Shown here piece by piece: positions 25,301 to 37,540 of a stretch of DNA of 64,000 bases. Under the pieces are notes generated by a model. It ran no database searches, had not been told where the DNA came from, and saw only the letters and a program-made list of their open reading frames with translations. Position 1 is the stretch's first letter, and every line of letters starts with the position of its first letter. The stretch comes from Felis catus (Eukaryota): contig NC_058368.1 of assembly GCF_018350175.1 (NCBI RefSeq), positions 153,762,001-153,826,000 of the forward strand, in the 5' to 3' direction. The position numbers and the translations under genes are program-made.

Positions 25301-25837
25301 TCTACTCTGTCACCCATTGTCTTTTGATAGGAGCATTTTGTTCACTTACATTCAAAGTAATTATTGATAGATATGTATTTATTGCCATTTTGTTACTTCT
25401 TTTGTGGTTGTTTTTGTAGCTTTTTCCAATCCTTTCTTCTCTTCCTCTCTTTCATGGTTTGTTGGTCTTCTTTCTTGATATACTTGGATTTATTTCTCTT
25501 TATTCTTTACATATCTATCACTGGTTTTGATTTGTGATTACCATTACATTTGTATATAACATTTTTGGCATATAGCCATGCCGGAGTTGATGGTCACTTA
25601 AGTTTGAACCCGTTCTTTACTCCTCTTCCCCAACATTTAAGATATATGGTAACATATTTTACATTCTTTTATTTTTTGAATCCCTTGACTGATTTTTACA
25701 GATATACTTATTTTTATTGCTTCTGTGTTTCCTATCTTTGTATTGTCATTTATGGTCTTTCCTTTCCACTCAATGAGTCCTCTTTAATGTTTCTTGGTTT
25801 AGTCATCCTGAACTCCTGTATTTTTTGTTTGTCAGAG

Positions 25838-25840
<3 letters not shown>

Positions 25841-25890
<50 letters not shown>
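25841..25890. repeat. (CT)n microsatellite, about 25 units, inside L1 ORF1
   Basis: Direct reading. Confidence 0.98.
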
Positions 25891-25894
<4 letters not shown>

Positions 25895-28047
25895 TCTTTC
25901 TATTCTGAATGATAGGCTTGTTGGATAGAGTATTCTTGGCTGCAGATTTTTTCCCTTTTAGCACTTTAAATATATCATGATTCTCCCTTCTGGCCTGCAA
26001 AATTTCTGCTGAAAAATCTGATGGCCTTATGGGGTTCCCCTTGTAAGTAACTGTCTTACTTTCTTTTGCTGCTTTAAAAAAATTTTGTTTATTACTACTT
26101 TTTTTTTGCCTTTTAAAATTACTATGTGTTTTGGTGTGGACCTCCCTGGGATGATTTTTTTGGGGGGACTCTCTGACTCCTGCATCTGGATATCTGTTTC
26201 CTTCCCCACAGGGAAATTTTCATCTATTATTTCTTCAAATAAAATTTCTGCCCCTTATGTCTCTTTTCTTCTTCTGGGATCCCTATATTATCTGTGTTGT
26301 TAACTTTATGGAGTCGCTCAGTTCCCTAAGTCTATTCTGATTTTGCATGCTTTTTTTCCTCTCACCTGCTCAGCTTGATTACTTTCAGTTATTCTGCCTT
26401 CCACATCGTTAATTTATTCCTCTGTTTCCTCTAGCCTGCTAATTATTCTATCAACTATATTTTTAATCTCACTTATTATGTTCTTCACCTCTGATTGTTT
26501 TTTTTAATCTCTTTGTTAAGAGTCTCACTGATGTCCTCTACTCTTTTCTCAAGTCCATTAGCTTTCTAATCATTACTTTAAATTCTCTATCAGGAATATT
26601 ACTTACATCCACTTGGCTTAGATCTTTGCTGTGGTTTTGTTCTATTCTTTCATTTGGAACATACTTCTGTCTCCTCATTTTGTCTAATTCTGTGTCTGTT
26701 TCTCTGTGTTAGGAAAATCAGTTATGTCTCTTGCTCTTGAGGATAATGGCCTTATGAACAAGAGGTTCTGTAGTGCCCTGCAATGCTGTGTCCTGTGTTT
26801 CCCAGGATCTGGTACTTCAGTGAGGGTTTCCTATCTATTGTATGTACCCTGCCATTGTGTCCTAGCTGCTTTTTCCTTCAGACCACTTGTCTATGGAGAC
26901 TCCCTTTGCCAGTTGTGGGCTGTGTTTTGTCCCTGGCTGGGTAGGGTGCATTTTAACAAGGTTGTGCTGGTCTGTTTGCAAAATGACCCCTCTCATCACC
27001 ATTGATGGAATGGATGCCCTGGGATGGGAGACATGGTGTTGTTGGGGTATGTACTGGTTTTCTGGGGAAGGGGACTTATAGCACCAGAACTGAGGCAAGC
27101 ATGACTAGAGTGATTGGAAAGGAAAGATCCACTGAAGCATGGGGGTGGTAAGGGGTAGGGTGGAGCTTGGTGTAAGCAAGTTAGGTAGTGAGTGTAGTTC
27201 CCCCACTGGTTCCCACACTGAAGGAATATACTGAGGGCTGGGAAGGGAAATGGCACCATTACCTCTTTTGTTCCTGGAGGGGTCTCCCTGAGATCTCTGC
27301 CTCTCTGGTCAAGCTCTGAGATTAATAAATAACGGTCCCTCTCCTGTGCCTCAGGCATTTTTCATGCTGCTACTTCTATTCTGTATCTCTGCTGGTTGTT
27401 TGTCCTGCTCTCTCTGTAAGGACATGGACTCAGCTTTCCAACACCCTCTGGACTCTCCAAGAGCTGAACCTGCTGATTTTTAAAATTCCAGGCTTTAAGT
27501 CCTGCTGATTGTAAGAACTCATGAAATTTGGCTCCTTCCACTTTCAAAGCCAAATGTTATGGGGATTCATCTTCCCTGTGTGTGTCTCCTGTGTGATGGT
27601 CTATTTCTCACCCTTCACCATGCCTCTGGCTCACTCCCAACTGCAGATGGCCACAGTCCTCTTCTCTCTCAAACTGCATCTCTAGCCTTCCTACCTTTGT
27701 CTATGTGGCCCTTCTCCACCTTTGGTCGTGGTTTGTTCTGCCATCTTTGGGTCATTATCTGGGTGATTTATGCTGATGTGAGTGTTATTTATTAGTATTC
27801 TTTGGAGGAGGTGAGCTTAAGGTGCTCCTACTCTGCCATCATCCCAGCCTCCCTCTGGCCACTTCATGTTAATTTCCTTGCAGTGACTATCCTGTAGACC
27901 TTTAAAAAATATTAATACATACATTCAGCATGTATATGCATTTGAATATAGAACTCTTAAGCACTCTGAGAGCCTCAGTTCTCTATTTACTTTTGGATAT
28001 ATGGTTTAGGTTTAACTGGTGCTGGGGATCAGTTATGCTGGGGACTA

Positions 28048-28239
28048 GTTATGGTTCACAGTTAGGAGTGTATTTGCCACCCCACACCCAGGGGACATTT
28101 GGTAATGTGTTTTACTATTGGATGGGTACTACTGGCACCTAGTGTGTAAAGGTCAGGAATGCTACTAAATAACCTACAACGCACAGGACAGCTCCCACAT
28201 CAATTATCCAGTCAATAGTGACGAGGTTGAAAAACCCTC
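28048..28239 (+). mobile_element. MER20 (hAT-Charlie MITE)
   Basis: ccaggggacatttggtaatgt...ctactggcacctagtgtgtaaaggtcaggaatgctactaaa...gtcaatagtgacgaggttgaaaaaccct. Confidence 0.88.
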
Positions 28240-29189
28240 GATAAAGATTTTTGAGGTGGTCTTACCACCATTCTTTTCTATGCTTTCAGAGCAGCCAACA
28301 ATGTAAGGCTACAAATTTAAGATTTTGATGCTTAGCATTCCTTGTTGAGCATTTCCCTCAAATATACATTTTCTAAAATTATCTTTTAGGCATCACATTG
28401 AAATGTAATCTAAGAGAGGCTTATTAAGAATATTTTAATCCAATTATTATGATTAATACATAACAATTCACTATTTTTTATGTTAATAAAAATATTTCTC
28501 ATGTGAATATTATTTTATATTTTTCCATTTTAAAAAATTATTCCAACATACCCCAGTGATGAATACTGTAAAAGCAATTTCAGTTTCACTTGGTCTCTGA
28601 ATATGAATAATCAGTTGGCAAAACATGCTAAAATGTTTCAATTAATTATTTTTAATCATGTAGGCTAGATTATGACTTTTAACTTTATTTAATAAAGTAT
28701 AAGATGCTAGAAGTTAACTGTTATGTAATTTATTACAATTTTTAATTGACTTTCCAGAAACATTAACCTTTTCCAAATAAAGACTTTGAAATTTCTTTTC
28801 AGTACTGTAATTGAGTGAAAATACTGATAAGGAAGATATAACACTGTCACTGAAAACATATTTGATATCAGGTCTTATATATATTTGTATATTTAATAAA
28901 CTTTTAATATGTAAGGCTGCTATGGATAGTTTAATTTACTTTATTTTATTGAATTATAGAATTAAATGTTTAATTGAGAATACAGAAGCTCAACTTCTGA
29001 ATTTAAATACCCTCCACAAGTGAGCTTGATTTCAAATATTTACTAAGCCCTCTGCATGTATAAAGTGCCATGTGACTGTTTACAAATCAGTTACAAATTA
29101 CTGTTACAAATTACTCTTTACAAATAACTTAATCATTCTTGTCAAAGATCAAGAATGACTTCTTAAAATGTTTCAGTTTAGATGTTTCT

Positions 29190-29910
29190 GTTAGGATGTA
29201 GTAATTCATAAGAGAATGTCACTCACATTCTAAGAACAAGAACAACAACAACAAAACCCAGATGATACTTAAAGTCATGACTTGGGGAGTGTGTTAGAAA
29301 GCTGAAGTTACAATGTAACCAAATGAACTGAATTTTAAAGTGTGACAAGACTGTCCAAAGAGAAATAAAAGCAAAAGCAGCCCCAACACCCAGGATTTGC
29401 CTAAAACTGAGGCTTCAGCAGGAGAACTGAGAAAGTGCTTGCTCCTTACCCCACTATCAAACAGTAGTGGTGTGGAGCTGAGGGAGGAGAAAGAAAGTGA
29501 CAAAACTCTCCCTCTGTGAGCAGGAATGCATAGTCTTCTGAAAGTTTAAGGTGGAACAAGAATACTGAGAAAAACTTTTGGCACTTGAAGCTACCTCCAA
29601 GTACAGGGAAGCAGCAGTTCACTGATTGAAGGATTTGAAGTTGCTGGTATACCAGTAACAAAGAAAACTATAAAATAACAAATCCCAAACCCAATTTAAC
29701 TACTGACTAGATTAACTCAATTATTCTTATGAATTGTCTAGCCAAAAGAAAAATAAGAAAATAAGCACACTTTCTTTTTGCCCATAAATTCTATTGAATT
29801 CAGTCTCTACTGCTCGTCTATGTGTAATGTCTAACATTTAAATAAAAATATAAGACACACAAAATAAGCAATAAAAAAAAAGACCCATTGCCAAGATATC
29901 AAGCAGTCTT
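29190..29910 (+). mobile_element. Old L1 5' UTR-like fragment
   Basis: Ends with aatgtctaacatttaaataaaaatataagacacacaaaataagca...acccattgccaaga, like the L1M pre-ORF1 region (compare 7700-7760). Confidence 0.5.
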
Positions 29911-29949
29911 AACTGCAAACAGATGCAGAGATTATATTTGTTGATCTTT

Positions 29950-30180
29950 TTCTGGGTCAAACACTATGATGTATACTTCATGGGTATGATATCATTTAAT
30001 CCTATTGTTTCTATAGAATATCAACATTCTTTGTACTATATGTCATCCATTATACATATGAGAAAACTGATGTAAAGAAAGAAATATTCCCATTTAATAG
30101 AACTAGTATTTGTTAGAACCAGGATTTAGATACATTTCAGGCTGATTTTAGAGTCTAAAACATAACCACTATGCTGTAGA
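29950..30180 (-). mobile_element. MIR
   Basis: tatcatttaatcct...ccattatacatatgagaaaactga...agaaccaggatttaga. Confidence 0.65.
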
Positions 30181-31195
30181 GTCTTCCAAATATGGCAATA
30201 TAAGAGGAAGTCATTGCACACAGAAATGTATCTAGTAGATCTTTTGTATGTATTTTGAAAGGGATAAAGGGCTGTTATTTTTTCTAAAAATAAAGTTAGA
30301 AGATGAAGAATCTTAGAGAACAACTCTCTATGTGCCATCTCATCTATTTCCATACCAGACCTCAAATTTTATTACCTAAATATCTGCTTAATGTAAGGAG
30401 ATTTTATATACATGGGTTATCATATTGAACAACCTTGTTTTAAATATTTGCATATTTTAATACACAGCCTTGATAATTCTGTGAAGGAATTTTTTTTTTA
30501 AGGAAAATCTTTTATTGGAGAATCTGCTAGACCACTGGGAACATTGCTTTAAATGTTACACCTTCATTCCTTCCACAAAAGTAGGTTACAGAGTAGAATA
30601 CTGTTTGAGGTTAACAGAAGATTCATCAACCAGATAAATTGTTCCTCTCCATTCTACCACCTGAACACAAGTAGTGCAACGGGGTAACCATAGGACTTGA
30701 GGAATTTGTGTTTTGAGTAATTTATACTTATTTTCTTGCAAGACCTTGGAGAAAGATTTCTTAGAGAATTGGATGCCATAAAGAATTAGGTCATAAGCAG
30801 AAGATCTAGGTCAGCACTTTTTGCTGAGAGGTTTGGGCCAGTTACTCAGTACATGCAGTATATGGCTAATTTGTTCAGCCTTTTCATATTATAGAACTAA
30901 GGAAAGAGGTAGCAACTTGCACCATGTAACGCTTGGTCAGCTTGTTCATTGGCCCCTTAATTATAGCCCTAACTTACCAAAAATCTTAGGCAACGTAAAT
31001 CTAAGATACATTCAAAATGGTATAATTATTATGATAACTTATAAGTCATAGGAAGAGGGTATATGAGTATGGTGTCAGACACATTAATAGTTGCCTACAA
31101 AATATATATCAAGAACTTTCTATCTTGCCTAGGTTCCTATTTCCTCCCTTAGGGAAGTGACCATAGTTATTTTAAGCCAATCATGGTAGTTTAGA

Positions 31196-31475
31196 TCTGT
31201 GATGTCCAAAACAATAGCCAGTAGACATGTGTGGCTTCTGAGTGCTGGAAATGTGAGTAGGCCAAATTAAGATAGCTATAATTATGCAATTCACATTAGA
31301 TTTTGAAGATTTACTGCAAAACAATATGAAATATTTTGTTATTTTTTAATGGTAATATTTTGAAATAATATTTTGGTTATATTGGGTTAAAAAATATATT
31401 ATTAAAATATATCTCAATCTTTTTTCCTTTGTAAGTATTACACAATTAAAATTTATACATGTACCTTGCACCATA
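31196..31475. mobile_element. MER33/MER3-like hAT-Charlie element
   Basis: tgtccaaaacaatagccagtagacatgtgtggcttctgagtgctggaaatgtg...ataatattttggttatattgggttaa. Confidence 0.8.
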
Positions 31476-31731
31476 TATATATATGTATGTATACACATAT
31501 ATATGTATGTACATATATAGATATTTTAATATTTTCTCAAGTTCATTTTATTAACAAAAAGTTCAAACTATTTTGAACAAAAGCAAACCATGAATCACAG
31601 CATTTGGCAAGATATTAGACATGGAAAAGCAAAAAATCTTCATTAAGTAAAATATAAGTAGAGGAGGTGCCTCTCACATGTATTATATTCATGCTTCTTC
31701 AATAGTCTCTTACCAACTTTCAGTGTTATAT

Positions 31732-31946
31732 ATATTTTTAAAATGTTTTTATTTGTTTTTGAAGGAGAGAGAGACAGAGCATGAGTGGGGGAGGAGCAGA
31801 GAGAAATGGAGACACAGAATCCGAAGCAGGCTCCAGGCTCTAAGTTGTCTGCACAGAGCCCGATGTGGGGCTCAAACTCACAAACTGTGAAATCATGACC
31901 TGAGCCCAAGTCAGATGCTCAACTGACTGAGCCACCCGGGTGCCCC
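31732..31946 (-). mobile_element. SINEC_Fc-like SINE
   Basis: 12-bp TSD tcagtgttatat at 31720-31731 and 31947-31958. Confidence 0.97.
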
Positions 31947-32049
31947 TCAGTGTTATATTTTTAAAGGATAGCAGTATATGATGGTGAATTCTTTGAGGTT
32001 GTATATATCTTAAATAATCTTTATTTTGCCTTCAATTTTGAATGAAATA

Positions 32050-33810
32050 ATTTTAAAAAAGATCCATATGGCAGAAAGAAGAAAGGTCCGTTTGGAACTA
32101 TGGGTCTATACTGAGATGAGTAGCATTAGAAGGCATTAGAATTATATAATAATTAAGTATAACTATTTATGGTAATATAATAAGGTAGGTTAAATGTAAA
32201 ATAATTTATTTTTATTTAAATGAATCATGTGAGAAGATAATTGACAGCTTAAAGCAAAAATAATAATATATTACAGAGCTTATAACATAGAAACAAATGT
32301 ATGACAGTAACACAAAGACCAAGAAGGAGATAATTGAACTATACTGTTCAATTATTTGAAGTGCTGTAATACTACTTGAAGGAACATTTGATAGAGATAT
32401 ATTTCATCAACCCTAAATGAACCCCTAAAAAAAGTGACTAATAAGCCAACAAGATGGAATTTTAAGAAATATAAAGTTATCCAAAAGAAGGCAAGGCAGA
32501 AGGGAAAAAGGGTGCAAAAAAAAGATGATATTATGGAATATAAATCTATTTGATGTATCTAAAGAATATCAATAGTACATTAAATACAAATGGCTTAAGC
32601 ACCTCAATTAAAATTAAAGCAAGTGTTTTTTTTTTTATGGGTTAAACAAGGCAAAACTCAACAATATGCTCTCTACAAAAATACAAATAGTTAAATATAA
32701 AAGCATGAAAAAGCCATATCATACTAACTATTCAAAAGAAAACTGGAATGAATTGAAGACACATATATAAACAAATACTCCTACATGAATGTTCATAGGA
32801 GCACTATATGTATATAAATAGGAGCACTATATATATAGAAGTAATGTTAACATATGAACCATATCCCTGATCTTATAAATATAGGGAAAACATTTGACTA
32901 AATTCAATATTGATTCATCATTGAAAACTCTTAGCAAACCAGGAGTACAAGGGGATATCCTCATCCTGATAAAGGACATTCTCACAAAATCTTTCAGGTA
33001 AAATTATACTTAATCATTAAAGACTAAATTCTTTCCACCTAAAATTTGGATTAAAGCAGAAATATTCCCACCACCCCTATTCAGAATACTAGGGAAAGTT
33101 CTAGGCAGTACAGTAGGACAAAAAATAATATATCAAAAGCATACAAGTTGAAAAAAAGAAACAACACTAAAACTGTTTCTGTTTACAGACAATATATTGC
33201 CTACATAGAGAACTTAAAAGAACCTACAGAAAAATTATTAAAAATGCTAACTGAGTTTAACAAAGTTGTAGGATACTATATCAATATACAAACATCAATT
33301 TTACCAATTTATATACTAATTGTATTAATCTATGTACTAATAATAAACAATTGGAAATTTAAATTAAAATACATTACTTGTAACTGTCCCCAAAATATTA
33401 TGCTTATGCAAACCATAAAATTTATGTAAGACTTGATACTGAGAGCCATAAAACACAAATGAAAGAAATATGTGTTTATGGGTTGGAAAACTCAATATTG
33501 TTAAGATGTCACCTCTCTCCAAAATAATACATAGATTAAAGCAATTCCAAAAAAATCCAATTAAGATTTTTTAAACATTGTCAAATTGATTTTAAAATGT
33601 ACTTGAGGATACACAGTAACTAGAAAAGCATAAACAAAAACAAAAATTAAGTTTAGAACTTATACTACTTTTTTAAGACTTACCAAGAAACTACAATCTA
33701 ATCAATGTAATACTGATAAAATTATAGATGTGTAGATCAATGGAACATAAATATAGAATCTAGAAATAAACCTACACAAGTAGAATTATTGACTTTTGAC
33801 AAAGATATAA
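32050..33810 (+). mobile_element. Old L1 inter-ORF/ORF2 fragments with internal deletions
   Basis: cattaaatacaaatggcttaagcacctcaattaaa (EN start); ORF 33148-33429 YIENLKEPTEKLLKMLTEFNKVVGYYINIQTSI is L1 RT. Confidence 0.85.
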
Positions 33811-34044
33811 AGTCTTTACTATCCCACTTCTAGATACACTCTGTATCCTAATCTTGGAGGTCAGGTCCGTAGGTACACCCTGTACTTGCTGATAAGCATT
33901 GTCTTCTCTAGCCATTTTTCCATCCCAACAGAATCAAACCTCTTTTCTCAAATGGCGCTGATTAACACCAGTGGCCCACAGAAAACATGCTACTAAGCAA
34001 ACTTATTTGAAGAAAAAAATAACTGATCAATAGACATTATGCAC

Positions 34045-34870
34045 ACTAATGAAGACAGTGTAGTATTGGTGAAAAAATAGACACAAGGATCAATGGAACC
34101 ACATAGAGAGTAAAGAAATAGACCTACATGAATATGGCCATTTGATTATTGACAAAGGGCAAAGCAATAAACAGAGAAGATTGGTCTTGTTAATGAACAG
34201 TGTTGGAACAACTGGTCATCCATTTGCAAACACATAAACCCAGACCTAAGCCTCATTCATTATACAAAAATTAATACAAAATAAGAAAGGGGTATAGCTC
34301 AGGGTAGAGCATTTGACTGCAAAATGAATCCTATATCTAAATATAAAACATAAATCTATAAACTCTTAATAAAAAGTATAGGAGGCAGTCTTTATCGCTT
34401 GAGGTTAGGCCAAGAGATTTTAGAAATTATTCTAAAAACATAACCCGTAAAAGAAAACAACTGAAAAATTGGACTTCATTTTGAACAAATATTTCACCAG
34501 GGAGGATGTAAATGTGGAAAATAAGTGCATAAATACATTCAACATTATTATCCATTAGGAAATTTCAAATTACAACCCCAACTAAATACTACCAGGCACC
34601 TATTAAAGTGGTTAAAATAAAAAATAATGGCAATATCAAGTATGGTGATAATGCAGAGCAACTGTACCTCCCATATGTTGCTGGTGGCAATGCAGGAAGG
34701 CACAGCCACTTTGAAAAACCAATGGCTGTTTTGATGAAAGTTAAACACACATCTACTATATGAGCCAGAAATACCACTTTGAGATATTTTCTCTAGAGAA
34801 AGGAACACTTACATTCACACAAACATGTACATGAATGTTGATACAGACTTTATTTGTAATAGTCAACACC
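34045..34870 (+). mobile_element. Old L1 ORF2 3' fragment (separate piece, overlapping the previous one in consensus coordinates)
   Basis: gacagtgtagtattggtgaaaaaatagacacaaggatcaatggaac...gctggtggcaatgcaggaaggcacagccactttgaaaaac. Confidence 0.85.
34288..34321 (+). pseudogene. 5'-half tRNA-Cys(GCA) retrocopy (tailless), not a functional tRNA gene
   Basis: aggggtatagctcagggtagagcatttgactgca vs mammalian tRNA-Cys GGGGGTATAGCTCAG(T/G)GGTAGAGCATTTGACTGCA; stops at the anticodon; caaaat direct repeat at 34277-34282 and 34320-34325. Confidence 0.9.
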
Positions 34871-34984
34871 TGCTAGGGGTGAGGGACAGCAGTTGCTAAG
34901 TGGGGTGTGGCAGAGAGTGTTCAAGTCTTAATCAAGGAGGTGGGGACATCACGGGAAAGTAGAATCAATAGCGAGCCAAGGCTC

Positions 34985-35165
34985 CATGCCCTTCGCACGT
35001 GCTCCATTGTCACATTGAACTTTTCTTATGAAAGAAATTGAAAGATAAAATTATTAATAATTAAAAAATAATAATATGGTGACTGCAGAGCATTAGAGCC
35101 TAGGCTGTCTTCTGAGTGCAAGGCCTGTGTGACTTCACTGGTCACACACCTGTGAAATCAGTCCT
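34985..35165 (-). mobile_element. hAT-Tip100 element end (Arthur1/MER69-like)
   Basis: gcagagcattaga...ttctgagtgcaaggcctgtgtgacttcactggtcacacacctgtgaaatcagtcct matches the recalled terminus in reverse. Confidence 0.65.
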
Positions 35166-35944
35166 TATTGCAAAGTAGGCCCTTATAAAGAAATGTACAC
35201 ATGTTCTCCTAAGTCCCTTTTGTCTTTCCACTGATGAGGAGTACTTGAACAACATACTTGATTACACGTTGATGCCAAACCCACAGCCGGGCTTCCTGGG
35301 TTGAAGATAGTAGAAACTCTTCTATTAGGATCTTTTATCTGTGGATATTGTATGAAAGAGTAATAAACTGAATTTTTTCAGGCTCTGTATTATTGACTAC
35401 TTTGTGATAGCAGCTCAACTTGTTCTTAACGAATGTATTTTTCTTCCTGGCATATCTTGCCTAAAACCCAGTTTCATTGAGAATAGATTAGGTGTCCTGG
35501 AGGGTTTGCAGAGAGAAAAAGAGGGAGATCGCTTTCAAACTAGAGATACGCCCAGGGATGTTTGGAGAGAAGGAATTGGTATATAAACTGTGTAAAATGA
35601 GCAGATTTTTGTGGCAGCTCCCTGCAGATTGGATACCAGGTTCTGAGAAAGGCACTTAAAATAGTAGAAATGGCAAAACGGAAGGGGCTATGAGGACTGA
35701 GACTCAGACTGTTGTTGTGCTGTTTGGTGTTGACTGATGAGTGTGGGCATTCCCACCATCTTGGAGGGAAGCAAATGGAATGAAAAGAGCTGACTTTCCC
35801 ACATGTCAGTGGGTTGGGGGAATATAAGTCCTTGGGACAGCAAATAACGAAAGCAGTTTTTATTCACATACCTGAACTTATGGCCTTCAGTTTACCCCCA
35901 CTGTAGGTATAAAATCTTCTTCTTATTTTTAATTCTTAAAAGCA

Positions 35945-36056
35945 TTCTTTTAAAGATTTTATTTTTAAGTAATCTCTATACCCAACATGGAGCCCGAATT
36001 CACAACCTCAAGGTAAAGAGTCACATGCTTTATGGATTGAGCCAGCGGGCGCCCCC
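35945..36056 (-). mobile_element. Short SINEC (older type without the CT tract)
   Basis: aagattttatttttaagtaatctctatacccaacatggagcccgaattcacaacc...gagccagcgggcgcccc. Confidence 0.9.
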
Positions 36057-36489
36057 TTAGAAGTGTTAATTCAAAACAAGTCTTGGAGAAACAGGTATTT
36101 TCTGTTTTAGGAATCTTCATTATACTTGGTTTTATTTTATTGCTTTTTGTTTTATTTTAAGGTCTTATTTGGTCCTGCTCACAAGGCCCTGCTCATATAT
36201 ATAATTAATGAATTACACACAGAATATAATTTTTGGTAGAAATGAGAATACCATAACCTATTAGCATACTATATTTCACATGCATTTTGCTTCTCTGGTT
36301 TATTGACTAGTAAATGAATATGTATGCATAAGTTCATATATTCATCCAACAAACATTTGAGGATTATCAACTATGTGCCTACTAGATTCTGATATAGATT
36401 TTCTCATTCTTGTCTCTTTTAGAAAAAAATAAAACAGAATAGAAACGTGTTTGATATTTCGCCTGAAGACACAATTATTTATGATTAAT

Positions 36490-36905
36490 ATTTGATAAAA
36501 TTCCAATGTGGATTTTGGGGTGCCTATTAAATTACCAGGAACCACCTGTTTATCTTCAGCGATATGTGGGCGTTTCTGAGAAAAAATGGATGCCTACACT
36601 CAAAGTTAGATCTATCACTCACCTTTGACACAGTAGACAGCGATATATTGTTAGAACTTTCAGAAACGTGAGTTGGAATTCTGAGACAGCATTAAATTGG
36701 TTTGAAATGTAATTATCTTTGTCAGCAGACACAGCGTACTATATTGGGTAGCAGCTCATCAGAAACAGTTACTGAAAAATGTGTGGTCCCTCAGGGCTCT
36801 ATTCTTGTCCTTTTATTTTTATATTTATATGCTTCTCATGGCAGTGTCATTAATAGATCTGGATTTGATTATCATATCTCTGCCAGTACTATTCAGATTT
36901 ACTAA
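36490..36905 (+). mobile_element. Ancient L2-clade LINE reverse transcriptase fossil
   Basis: Ordered motifs FQCGF, LDLSLTFDTVDSDILL, TALNWF, YL, VPQGSIL, GFDYHISASTIQIY correspond to L2 RT FQSGF, LDLSAAFDTVDH, TALSWF.SYL, GVPQGSVLGP, YHLYADDTQIY. Confidence 0.85.
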
Positions 36906-37487
36906 CTGGTTCTTGTAGAATCAAGTCATATGATTTCCCAACTCCTTATGCTTTATAAAGACTTAGATCGAGTGATAAGGATATTTCCTTCATATTCCTT
37001 CATAGTCCATATAGACCTATCTAAATTATTTTTTGGATTTCTTTTTTACTTTGCACTTTTCTTTAGCTAGATTACCTGACTCCAGTTGAAAAATCATAGT
37101 AGATGATACTATGCTGTCCTTATTGGCAGTATTCTTATTTTTATGTGGCATAGGAATTTCATGTAAAATTAATTTCATTGTATTAATAACAAAGATTGTA
37201 CATTATGATTTCTTTACTCTGAAATTCTATAATTTTTGAACCAAATGCAGAGTTATGTAAATCCAGTGGGACCATCCAATTCTATCACATTATAATAGAG
37301 TCACTAATAGAAATGTCCCTACAGCAGATTTTATCATTCTCAATGTTGGAAGTGATTACAAAAGTGTGATGGGGAATATAATGTGTTTTAAAAAATACTC
37401 TCAGTAAAATTCTATGGCTTAGAAGTCCAAATTTCAGCTCTTAAGAATGATCTTCAAGACTCTCTTTTCAGCTTTATCCCTCACTTT

Positions 37488-37520
37488 TTTGTTTGTTTGT
37501 TTGTTTGTTTGTTTGTTTGT
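37488..37520. repeat. (TTTG)n microsatellite
   Basis: Direct reading. Confidence 0.95.
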
Positions 37521-37540
37521 ATGAATGGATCTTAAGAATC

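Larger units (their letters stand above)
21402..25388 (-). pseudogene. Disrupted L1 ORF2 (endonuclease/reverse transcriptase)
   Basis: ORF-track fragments 24216-24428, 23322-23669, 23231-23497, 21780-22181 and 21402-21626 are colinear ORF2 pieces broken by frameshifts, stops and SINEs. Confidence 0.93.
21271..27855 (-). mobile_element. Nearly full-length carnivore L1 (5' UTR, ORF1, ORF2; 3' end missing), inactive, with two nested SINEs
   Basis: 5' end ggtgagcttaaggtgctcctactctgccatc; ORF1 peptide DIQMQES..PKKIIPGRSTPKHIVI (26027-26209); ORF2 start MAINTYLSIITLNV at 25388; RT motifs [17 protein letters not shown] and YADDMI (23231-23497); C-terminal [20 protein letters not shown] (21402-21626). 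Confidence 0.97.

Noticed and set aside
21271..27855. Active L1 or domesticated RT gene
   Set aside because: Multiple frameshifts and stops, two SINE insertions in ORF2, a microsatellite in ORF1 and a missing 3' end
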